Part shown: positions 36,345-47,049 of the stretch, piece after piece
How positions within the stretch are numbered: position 1 is the stretch's first letter
Layout of the letters: each line of letters opens with the position of its first letter
Origin: Octopus sinensis
Taxonomy: Eukaryota
Direction of reading: 5' to 3'
DNA: 64,000 nt
NCBI RefSeq assembly: GCF_006345805.1
Contig: NC_043000.1
Location: 75,392,001-75,456,000 of the forward strand
Translations under genes and position numbers: made by a program
The notes under the pieces: model-generated
What the model saw: the letters and a program-made list of their open reading frames with translations, nothing else
What the model was told of the DNA's origin: nothing
Database searches by the model: none

Positions 36345-39333
36345 TTCACTAGGGGACTCTGCTAGCCAGATCGATTTCATCCTCACCAGACAGCGGGATG
36401 CAAGGTTGCTCTTAAATACAAAGACCCTCCTGGGTGAAGAATGTACTCCCCAGCATAGGGTAGTCATTAGTGACTTTAGGCGTGAGGCCAGAAGGATGCC
36501 AAGAAGCAGACCAATCCAGAAAAGAAGGATTTGGAAGCTAAAGAACCTTTCACATGGTCAGAGATTTAGGGACATCCTCATCAAGAAATTTGATGAGAGG
36601 GAGGAGGAGCTACAGACGTCGGATATAGAAGGTAGCTGGAAATTCTTATGGGACAGCTTGCTGAGTGCCACAGATCAAGTCTGCTGGTGCAAAGTCCCTT
36701 CCAGACCCAGAGTTACATGGTGGTGGTGGAATAGTATGGTAGAAAAAACTGTTAGGGCAAAGAAACAAGCCTGGAAGGATGGTGGTAGCAGGGAATGGCA
36801 CCAGGTAGCCGGCAGGGCGGCAGGTATACATAGCCAAGAGCGAAGCGGAAAAGAAGTTTGCCAATGTCCAGAGACATGAGGACTGTAAGACAGTGTGTGA
36901 GAGAAAATTGTGATGTCACAAGAGAGAAATGTGTTCGAATAGATGATGATGCACTTGCTTTTAATGATTTTAAAAAGAAAGAGGCTTGGAGAAGCCACTA
37001 TGAAAGACTGCTGAATGTGGAGAATGAATGGGAGTCTGCCAAATGTTGACCCAGTAGAGGGACCAGCTATCCCAATAGACAGCTCTCTAGTAGATAAAGC
37101 AATTAAGGGTATGAAGCCAGGTAAAGCCCCTGGCCCATCAGGAATCACTGCTGAGATGCTTAAAGCATCTGGTGGTGTGGGCTATGGCCTAATCACCCGC
37201 ATTGTAAACCAGGTAGTACATAATGGAGTCATACCCAATGACTGTCATAGCAGCACCATAGTCAACTGCTACAAGGGTAAAGGTGATGCTCTAGATAGAA
37301 ATAACTACAGGGGTATTAAACTGCTGGATCAGGTGATGAAGGTCACAGAGTGAGTCATAGTCCATCTCATTAGGGAGAGAGTCTGCTTAGATGAGATGCA
37401 GTTCAGTTTTGTTCCGGGTAGAAGCACCACTGATGCCATTTTCCTGGTTCGACAATTACAGGATAAAGATAAACCCCTCTACTTAGCTTTTGTGGATTTG
37501 CAGAAAGCCTTTGACAGGGTCCCCTGACCCCTTATCTGGTGGGCAATACGGAAACTGGAGATTGACAAATTGTTGATAAGGGCTGTACAGGCCCTATACA
37601 GAGAGGCCGTTAGTAAGGTTAGGATTGGCAATGAGTATAGTGAAGAATTCCTGGTAGAAGTAGGGGTCCACCAACGTTCAGCTCTTAGTCCCCTTCTATT
37701 CAACATAGTCCTCTAGGCAATAACAGAGGAATTCAAGACAGGTTGCCCCTAGGAACTCCTCTGTGCTGATGACCTGGCCCTCATAGCAGAATCACTACTG
37801 GAACTAGAAAAGAAATTTCGGGTGTGGAAGTTAGGTTTAGAATCAAAAGGCCTTAGAGTAAACGAGACCAAAATTATAGTAAGCAGAAAGGCGAACTCAC
37901 TACACACACCCTCATGTAGGTGGCCCTGCTTGATCTGTAGAAAAGGTATAGGTAGAAACTCCATAAGATGTACCCAGTGTAAGCTATAGATGCATAAGAG
38001 GTGCAGCAACATCAAAGGAAAATTAACCGAGAAGATAGCTTTCGCGTGCGGCAGATGCACAGGGGCAATAGACACCACAGATATTCAGAAAACAGATTCC
38101 ATCACACTCCAGGGGGAGAAACTAGAAGTAGTAGATAGTTTCAACTACCTAGGTGACCAAGTTAGCAGTGGAGGTGGATGCTCAGAGAGTGTCACCACTA
38201 GAATACGAATAGCCTGGGCAAAGTTTAGAAAGCTTCTGCCCGTACTGGTGACAAAGGGTCTCTCAGTGTGAAAGGTAGATTGCATGATGCATGTGTGCGA
38301 ACTGCCATGCTTCACAGCAGTGAAACATGGGCTGTGACTGCAGAGGATGTGTAGGCTTGAAAGAAATGAAGCTAGCATGATCTGCTGGATGTGTAATGTC
38401 AGTGTGCACACACTACAGAGTGTAAGCACCTTGAGAGAAATGCTGGACATAAGAAGCATCAGATGTAGTGTGCAAGAGAGACGTTTGTGCTGGTCTGGTC
38501 ATGTACTACAGATGGATGAGGAGAGATGTGTGAAGAAGTGCCACTCCCAAACAGTCGAAGGTATCAGGGGTAGAGGTAGACCCAGGAAGACATGGGATGA
38601 GATGGTCACGCATGACCTTCGAATGTTGGACCTCACAGAGGCAATGACGAAAGACCAAGATCTCCGGAGATATGCTGTGACTGCAAAGACCCGACAAATA
38701 ATGTGAGTTCATGGCTTTGTTACATCAGTTTTGCATAGCCCCAACCCATCCAAAGTACTTTGGATTGCAGAATGACCTGCTGTGCTTGGGGAGACCTATT
38801 GAGTCAAGTACGTCAACATCAAAATAAATATCAAATGGAAATTGTAATTGTCATACCTGTGCCGGTGGCACGTAAAAAGCACCATCCGAACGTGGCCGAT
38901 GCCAGCACCACCTTGACTGGCTTCTGTGCCGGTGGCATGTGACCTGCTGTACTTGAGGAGACCTATTAAGTCATGTACATCAACATCAAAATATCAGATG
39001 GAAATTGTTGTTGTGATACCTGTGCCAGTGGCATGTAAAAAGCACCATCCGAACATGGCCGATGCCAGCACCGCCTTGAGTGGCTTCTGTGCCAGTGGCA
39101 CGTAAAAAGCACCAACCGATCATGACCGCTGCCAGCCTCCCCTGGCACCTGTGCCGGTGGCACGTAAAAAGCACTCACTACACTCATGGAGTGGTTGGCA
39201 TTAGGAAGGGCATCCAGCTGTAGAAACACTGCCAGATCAGACTGGAGCCTCGTGCAGCCTCCTGGCTTCCCAGACCCCAGTCGAACTGTCCAACCCATGC
39301 TAGCATGGAAAACGGACGTTAAACGATGATGAT
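36345..39333 (+). mobile_element. RTE LINE, 5'-truncated and decayed (EN tail, RT, C-terminus, 3' UTR, (GAT)n tail)
   Basis: SQIDFILTR, GKAPGPSGITAEMLK, NYRGIKLLDQVMKV, KLEVVDSFNYLG and GRGRPRKTW. Ends GGACGTTAAACGATGATGAT. Confidence 0.92.
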
Positions 39334-39588
39334 AACCATGCAGTCAGAAAGAGACATATTGTTGAAACAATAGATTTCATTGGTCGTACCTGTTATCTCA
39401 ATTATAACTTTTGGTGGCTTAGAAGAAGTTAGGAGGATCAAGTGGCAAAGACATTATTCTGCTTAGCGAAGGCATCTGGCAAATGTAACTGCTGTAACTC
39501 ACAGAAAAACTATTGTTTTACCGTGAAGAAAAATGCTGTTGAACTGTTAAGTGAGATTTGGTGATCGCGGATCTAATCCACACTATAC

Positions 39589-39720
39589 CTGGATGAAGTT
39601 CACTACAGCTGTAAATGAAATGTGAATAAATATTAGTGTGAATCGTGATTCTTTCACTTGTGTGGTATTTGTAGAGTAATCTTTTGTTTTGTACTTGAAG
39701 ATGACGGCATTCAGTAAATT
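39589..39720 (-). CDS. Candidate 132-nt exon of the same unidentified minus-strand gene
   Basis: Acceptor TTCAGTAAATTTACAG|, donor CAG|GTATAG. Two frames are open; the phase-1 frame (..SCSELHP|D) would join in frame to 33594. Confidence 0.22.
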
Positions 39721-39744
39721 CTGTAAATTTACTGAACCAGAATT

Positions 39745-40420
39745 TAATACCCATTTTCCTATCATTTATGTGGAGAATTGCAAATATGGCATATAAAGAT
39801 AACTTACTTCCATAGAATTTTTATCAATACCTTTCCATAAATATTTTTCTTGTGCACTCCCCACACACACACACCTGCAGGTGGATACACATGAACGAAG
39901 TCCTATGAAGTTTTTATTCTTTCTGAATGAAGAACACAAACATTTTGAATATTGTGTTTGCTTCTATCAGGACCATTTACCTTTAAAGCAAAAAAGCAAA
40001 ACCGACATATACGACAGGTATGTAAAACATATTTCTGTGTATTTTCTCTGTTCATTTGCATGCACACACACAAACACACAAGCCATTCATACTGTTAGAC
40101 AGCGGGATGGGGTGGCAAGGGGTGTATGAATCAATTTTGGAGTTACCTCATAGAAAATTTGAAATTAATTATTATTTTTTCCCCACATTCTTAATCTCCA
40201 TATTTTTCCATGTAGACTAAAAAAAAAAAAATTTTTTAAAGTTAAAATTTAAAAATTTGGGGTGGGAAAAGGGGAATATAAAATTTTGAAAACATAGTTT
40301 TTGGCATAGTCAGAATCTCTCATCAAAAACATAGGCATCTGTTGAAAAAATTTCAAAAACAGAAAGGGTCGATTTTTTTTCATGCTGGTGTACTTGTAAA
40401 CATTAAATATATTTTTTGTT
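39745..40420. repeat. Inverted partner of 33825-34500
   Basis: See 33825-34500. Confidence 0.8.
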
Positions 40421-40444
40421 GCATTAAAATATCTTGCTATGTAG

Positions 40445-41820
40445 AGTACAGCCTAGTCACCTGTATAGTTAATCAGGTTATTCAGGAGGGCATCCCCAAT
40501 GACTGGTGTAGTAGTATCATAGTTAGCTGCTACAAAGGTAAAGGTGATGCCTAAGGTATCAAACTGCTAAAGTTACTGAAAGAGTTATAGCTCAATTGAT
40601 TAGGAACAGAATTAAACAAGTTGAGATGCAGTTAGGTTTTGTTCCTGGGAAGAGTACCATAGATGCCATTTTCCTTGTAAGACAGTTGCAGGAAAAGTAT
40701 TTGGCCAAAAGTAAGCCATTGTACTTAGCTTTTGTTGACCTGGAGAAAGCTTTTGACAGAGCCCCCCCACTCTGTTATCTAGTGGTCTCTAAAGAAGTTA
40801 AGGGTTGAGGAATGGCTTGTTAGAGCTGTACAAGCCATGTACAGTGGTGCTGTCAGAGAGTTGGTCATGAATACAGTGATAAATTTAGCATACAAGTAGG
40901 GGTTCACCAAGGCTCAGTTCTCAGCCCACTCTTATAGTCCTCCATGTCATAACAGAGAAATTCAAAACAGGATGCCCATGGTAATTACTATATGCTGATG
41001 ACTGCACTTTTATTACAGAATTGGAGAAGAAATTCCAGGTATGGAAGCGTAACCTGGAATCAACCGGCCTTAAAGTTAACCAGCAAAGTTGTTGTTAGTA
41101 AGAAAGAAGATAAGACTCTCTTTCCATCAGGTAAATAAACCTGCCCAATATGTAGGAAAGGAGTTGGAAGTAATTCCATTTGCTGCATCTAGTGTAAGCT
41201 ATGGACACATAAGAGGTACAGTAGAATTACAGGTAAAGTCGTCTTTGTATGTGGCAGATATGCAGGAACAATAAGCTCTAAGAGCACATGGGACTTAGAG
41301 TCTCTCAAACGCCCAGGAGACTCTCTTGAGATTGTAGATAGTTTCTGTTACCTAGGTGACCAAATTAGCAATGGTAGAGGATGCTCTGAAGGTATTGTTT
41401 CTAGAGTAAGAATAGAATGGAGGAAGTTGAGAGAGCTATTACTTCTGTTAGCAACAAAAGGACTCTCTCTCAGAGTGAAAGGTAGACTGTGGATGGCTAT
41501 ATTCCATGGAAGTGAGACATGGGCTCTGAATGTAGAAGACATGATAGACTGGAGAGAAATGAAGGCAGTATGCTCCGTTGGATGTGCAACATCAATGCAC
41601 ATGTATGACAAAGTGCAAACATATTGAGTAAAAAGGAGGAATCAAATGCAGCATGCAAGAGAGAAGACTGTGTTTAGTTTGGACATGCAATGCAAATGAA
41701 TGGAGACAGCTGTATAAAGAAAGTGGAAGAGGAAGACATGAGATGAAGTGATGAGGACTGATCTTAGGATATTGGATCTCATGGAAGAAATGACAATAGA
41801 CCAAGAAGACCTATCCACAT
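40445..41820 (+). mobile_element. Old RTE LINE fragment (RT to C-terminus)
   Basis: GFVPGKSTIDAIFLVRQLQEKYL, LAFVDLEKAFDR and KGLSLRVKGRL...HGSETW. Confidence 0.85.
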
Positions 41821-42336
41821 CAGTGAAACTGAGTTCTAGAAGCGCTGTGTGTTCCACCCACACATAACAAGAAAGCTTTTCACACACCATACCCCAACAA
41901 ACCAAACTACATCTCTTTTCTTCACATCTCTTTCTTGCACTATGGTTGTCTCTCACTCCCCAATCCTGTCCTCATGGCTCTGCTCACTGTATCATAGCTA
42001 TCTGGTATCCCCCCCACTCCACTCAATATATCCAGGTTTTCACCACTCACTACATTCTCCATAATCATCTCGCGTAATGAATTTATCGATACAAACATTG
42101 TATGTGACGTAATTACCAATTGCATGCATTCATTATTTGTTTATACTTGTATCATACCTGGAAACTACAAGTTACAATGTGTTGGTGGCTGCTGGTACAC
42201 TTGTCTGAAACTCTGACACCACCAATTGACAGCTTGACTGTGTTGATGGTGTATGCTTTGATTGTTACTTGCGATTTAAAATTTATCTAACAACATTTTG
42301 AGTGTGTGTTTTTGTTTTGTAACTCTTTGCGAACTA

Positions 42337-43510
42337 ATGGCAGACAATAGTGTGTCCAAAAAGAGGAAGTGGTACACCTAAAATTTCAAGAAGTCGTGGT
42401 TGGAGGATACTGAGCTTAAAGATTGGTTACGGCAAGATGATAAAAATCCTGACACCTGCTACAGCATTTGCTGCAAAAATGCTACCAAATGCTAACAAAT
42501 CAATGCTGTTAGCTCATAAAAACACTGCCAAACACAAGAAATCTGCTATTAAATTAGATTCATTTATTGTTAAAAAAACGGATGATTCATTAAATGAAAA
42601 AGTAGCTAAGGCAGACTATCTTGCTGAACATCACGTACCTTATATATAAATCACGTACCTTATATATAAATCACTTACCTGAAATTAGTAAAAAGGCCTT
42701 TCTCAATAGTGAAATAGTTAAAAATCTACAAATGAAAAAAACAAAATTAACATATATTATACAAGACGGAATTGCACATTATGAACAAAATGAAATCTTG
42801 GAAATTCTCAAGAAACAAAAGTTTTTATTACTAATAGTTGAGGGTACAGACATCACAGTAACACAAATCTTAGCAATAGTTGTTCACTTTTTTGATGAAC
42901 AATCGCTTAATGTCAAGGATGCTCTTCTGGATGCAATTGTAGTAGAAAATGGCTGTGTTTGCCATTTGTTTGCACTTTGTTCAAGTCATGCAATGAAGGT
43001 GCTACCTTCATATCTCGAGTCCTTTTTAAAGGATTTAACTTTTTACTTTTCTCAAAGTAGTAAACGTCAAAATGACTTCAATATGACATGAAGTGTTGTT
43101 GGTACAAAAGAAAACAAGATTCCAAAGCTTTTGCAAACTAAATGGTTGTTGTGTGAAAATGTAATTAACATTATACTAGAACTGGAATTCCCTTGTTCTT
43201 TATTTTCAGTCAGAGGCTAAAGTAGAAAAAGTGGACAGAGCAAAAGGATCTATGAAACAATGATCAACAAAGGGATGAATCACATGCTGCTCTTTTTACA
43301 TTATATATTAAAGAAAGTAAATGCTCTTAATGTCGTGCTTCAATCAGAACACTTTTGACTGCATCTGTTGCATATACTTGTATCCTGTGAATATAAAAAT
43401 ATCCTCAGTTGCTTTATAAAAGAGAATTATTGTAGCTGTATCTAAATTATCAGATATTAATCTTAATAACACAACAAATCACAAAGATATGAGTGATATT
43501 TACCTAAAGG
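42337..43510 (+). mobile_element. Decayed, internally deleted hAT transposase (ZMYM1/ZNF862/Tip100-like)
   Basis: N-terminal FKKSWLEDTELKDWL...C..C, KKTKLTYII, FLLLIVEGTD (first-D region), CVCHLFAL (CxxH motif) and LQTKWL. No TIRs identified. Confidence 0.75.
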
Positions 43511-43519
43511 ATACTCTTC

Positions 43520-44420
43520 CTTTAGTTCTGTTGGCTCTGACCACAAAATTGTATCAGCTACTCATCCAAAAAAGCTAAGCCTCACCCGATGAAAACGATT
43601 GACTGGGAGGAAGTCTTGTCTAACCCCGATATGTCCAAGCAATTTACTATTGAGGTCTATAACAAATTTCAATCTTTGTCTACTTCTGAAATAGATGCTG
43701 AGAACATTGAAGAAGTCTACAGCAGCCTCATCAAATCAACAGAGGAAGTTGCACTGGCTACTCTTCCCAAAAAGAAGAGTAGGGGCCAGAGCAAACCTTC
43801 TAATTCTCCAAATGTCATCGAAGCCAGAAACCATCTAAAATCTATATCACTAGCTTACCACCGTTCTCTATCCCAGTCACTGAAGATCCAACTCATAACT
43901 GCCAAGAAGAATCTTGATGATGCTTACTTGAACGCCGTGGTCGACTTTATCAACGGCAAAATTAGAAAACTATCCAAAGAGCACATTAGTAAAAAACACC
44001 ATCTTGCCTGGAAATCCATCAAAGACCTATCAGGCAAAAATTCTGGGTCATCAATTAGAATTAAAGGGGGATCAGCTAAGAAGCGTTTAGAAAATTGGTC
44101 AACTCATTTTAAAAACCTTCTTGGGAAGAATGCCAAAATCCCTGATAACCCCACTCTTCCAAGTGTGCCCATATCAGATACGCTGGAAATCAACACCTCC
44201 CCTTTTACCATATTTGAACTAACAGCAGCCACCAAGCAACTAAAAGCCTCGAAAGCATTTGGTCCCGACAACATCCCAGCTATAATTTGGAAGGATGATA
44301 GATTTCACACACTTTTGCTCAACCTCTGCAACCACACACTTTCCACCTTTGTTGCTCCAAAGATTTGGCACCAATCTCAAATCATCCCAATACCCAAAAA
44401 AAGCGATTTATCCCTGGAAA
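43520..44420 (+). mobile_element. LINE ORF2 fragment (EN-RT linker to RT start), RTEX-like
   Basis: Stop-free ORF 43589-44425: FTIEVYNKFQSL...SKAFGPDNIPAIIWK...WHQSQIIPIPKK. The clade assignment is tentative. Confidence 0.75.
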
Positions 44421-45639
44421 AATGATGGAAACAGAGAATTATATCAAATAGCCAGAAGGGAAGCTAGGCAACAGGTTTACATAGTGAAAGAAGAAGCAGA
44501 AAGTAGATATGCCAATGTTATACACTGTGGGGATCAGAGGTGTGAAGTGTTCCAGATTGTAAAGCAGTGTATCAGATTAGAGGCATTGTGGGTGAGAGAA
44601 GCATGCAAATGGATAATGGTATGCTTGTATGTAGTGGTTCTAAAAAAAAAGAGACATGAAAGTGCTGCTGTGAAAGGTTGCTAAATGTGATGAATGCACA
44701 GGAAAAGGAGAGTCTTCTTATGGATCCAACTTAGGAACCACTCTCAGAGTTGACAGCAGTATGATAGATAAAGCAACTGAGGATATGAAGAAACCATCAG
44801 GGATCACTGCTGAGATGCTTAAAATATTTGGTAGTGTAGGATACGGCCTAGTCACTCATTTTATCAATCAGTTGGTAAAGGAAGGTTTCATACTAATGTA
44901 GCAGCATTATAGTTAACTGCTACAAGAGTAACAATTATAGTGGTATCAAGCTACTGGACCAGGCCATGAAAGTTACAGAGCAAGTTATAGCTCAATTGAT
45001 TAGGAACAGAATTAGACTAGAGGAGATGCAGGTTGGTTTTTGTGCCAAGGAGGAATACTACAGATGCCATCAGCAGCAGAAGTATCTAGTTAATAGTAAA
45101 CTATTGTACTTGGCACTCATTGACCTGGAGAAAGCTTTTGATACAGACTCTCACTATTATCCCTAAGGAAGTAAGAAGTAACCTAATGGCTTGTTGGAGC
45201 CATAAAAGCCATGTATGTTTGCATCTCTCACCCACAATGCCTCTAATCTGATACACTGCTTTCCAGTCCAAAACACCTCACACCTCTAATCCCCTCTGTC
45301 AGAAGGGTGAGAGTCAGCCGTGAGTAATGTAATGAATTTCGTGTACAAGTAGTTCACTAGGGCTCAGTTTGCAGTTGTCTCTTATTCATCATAGTCTTCT
45401 AGGCCATAACAGGAATTTATGACTGGCTGCCCTTGAGAACTACTATATGTTGATGCTCTTGCTCTTATAATGGAATCTGTTGCAGAAATAGAAAAGAAAT
45501 TCCAGGTATGGAAGCAAACACTTAAAAGCCTTAAAGTTAACCCAGCAAAGACCAAAGTTCAGTTCTATATTTAAGAGATAAGGAATTATGTACATTATTT
45601 ACATTCAACGGATATTTGTCCTCATCTTGTTTGTTGTTC

Positions 45640-45680
45640 ACACATTTCGGCTGATATACCCTCCAGCCTTCTTCAGGTGT
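45640..45680 (-). ncRNA. Minimal hammerhead remnant (minus arm)
   Basis: Minus strand ACAC-CTGAAGA-AGGCTG-GAGGGTATAT-CAGCC-GAAAT-GTGTG; the cleavage triplet is degenerate. Confidence 0.5.
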
Positions 45681-45913
45681 CTTGGGGAAATTTCGAACCT
45701 GGGTTCTCATTCCTAAGGTATTTTTTAATGTTGTTGTTATTATTATTGTTATTATTATTGTTCAGGTCACTGCCTGGAATCAAACTCATAGTCTTGGGGT
45801 TAAGAGCACTCTTAACCCCAAGATTCTGAGTTCGATTCCAAGCAGTGACCTGAACACTAACAATAATAATAATACCTTAGGAATGAGAACCCCAAGTTCG
45901 AAATTTCCCCAAG

Positions 45914-45957
45914 ACACCTGAAGAAGGCTGGAGGGTATATCAGCCGAAATGTTGTAT
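45914..45957 (+). ncRNA. Minimal hammerhead ribozyme (plus arm), best-preserved copy
   Basis: ACAC-CTGAAGA-AGGCTG-GAGGGTATAT-CAGCC-GAAA-T-G-T-T-GTAT. Core intact, GUU triplet, loopless stem III; two substitutions from the inferred consensus GAAACGTTGTGT. Confidence 0.6.
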
Positions 45958-46689
45958 TAACAACAAACAAGATGAGGACAAATATCCGTTCAATGTAAAT
46001 AAAGACCAAAGTTGTTGTTAACAAGAAAGCAAATAAACCCCCTTTCCATCAGATAAATGGCCTTGCTTAATATGGGATGAAGGAGTGAGAGCCAATCTCT
46101 AGATGTTGAGCCTAATGGAGATGACAATGGACTGAGATAGCTGATGATAGGAGGTTCTTAAGACATCTTCACCTCAGCAAAACAGTTCCGGAAACACTGT
46201 TGTATTCCACCCACATGTAACATTAATTCACCCCCACCCATCTCTTTAAGCACTATTCTTGTCTCTCCTTCCTTCTCTTCCAGCTTTGTCATATCTTTCT
46301 CTTGCCCTTCTCCCTGCTACCTAATATATTATTGTCATCCTGCCATTCCTCTATATATTCATGTTCACTACTCACTACATTCCCCTTCTCCCCTCTCCCC
46401 CTTTGCACTCTCATGAACTCCCTGCTCACTCATCCTGTCAAATCCTCTATCACTCATATTCACCTACTTTGAGGGTATACCTGGTACATCGCCATCATCT
46501 TGCTCTTTTGCTCTCCAATTGGGGTAACCATGTATCTTCTCTACAGCAAGATCCCTGTTTCTATCCCTGTCCTATTTAACCCCTCATCACCTGGCACAAA
46601 GCCACCTCCCTCAATACCACTCCTCTCAGTCAAGGAATCTTTGTTTTACAAGTTACTTGGTAACCTCACTGCTGCTCATGCTACATAAA

Positions 46690-46860
46690 AAACACTGAGT
46701 ATATGCTGTAAAGTGGTTGGCATTTGGAAAGGCATTCAGCCATAGGAACCATGCCAAAGCTGACTAGAGCTTGGCGCAGTTCTCTAGTTCAGTAGCTCCT
46801 ACCAAATTGTCCATCCTATACTAGCATGAAATGGAAAACAGACATCAGATGATGGTGGTA
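46690..46860 (+). mobile_element. Solo, diverged RTE 3'-terminal module
   Basis: GTGGTTGGCATTTGGAAAGGCATTCAGCC...ATGGAAAACAGACATCAGATGATG. Confidence 0.6.
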
Positions 46861-47049
46861 ATGTATGTATTCATGTATATGTGTTAAAATTTTATTATAC
46901 TCTGTTGTTTAGCTTTAGGTCAACTTTCATCACACAAACTATGAACAAAGTTATTTCAGCTATGATCGTCTCAACTTTTAAGGCTATGTAGGACAACTCA
47001 TGTAAAGGCATGTTATTTTATGTTGCTCTTGTCTATTCTACTATGACAA

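Larger units (their letters stand above)
45560..46000. mobile_element. Head-to-head (fold-back) dimer of the hammerhead SINE-like element
   Basis: Minus copy 45560-45806 and plus copy 45809-46000. Perfect centre TCTTGGGGTTAAGAG-CA-CTCTTAACCCCAAGA. 13-bp TSD AAAGACCAAAGTT at 45547-45559 and 46001-46013. Confidence 0.88.
44420..46130 (+). mobile_element. Old RTE LINE fragment, interrupted by the SINE palindrome
   Basis: RELYQIARREARQQV, MKVTEQVIAQLIR and LALIDLEKAFD. KVNPAKTK|VVVNKK is split by the insertion at 45560-46000. Confidence 0.75.
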
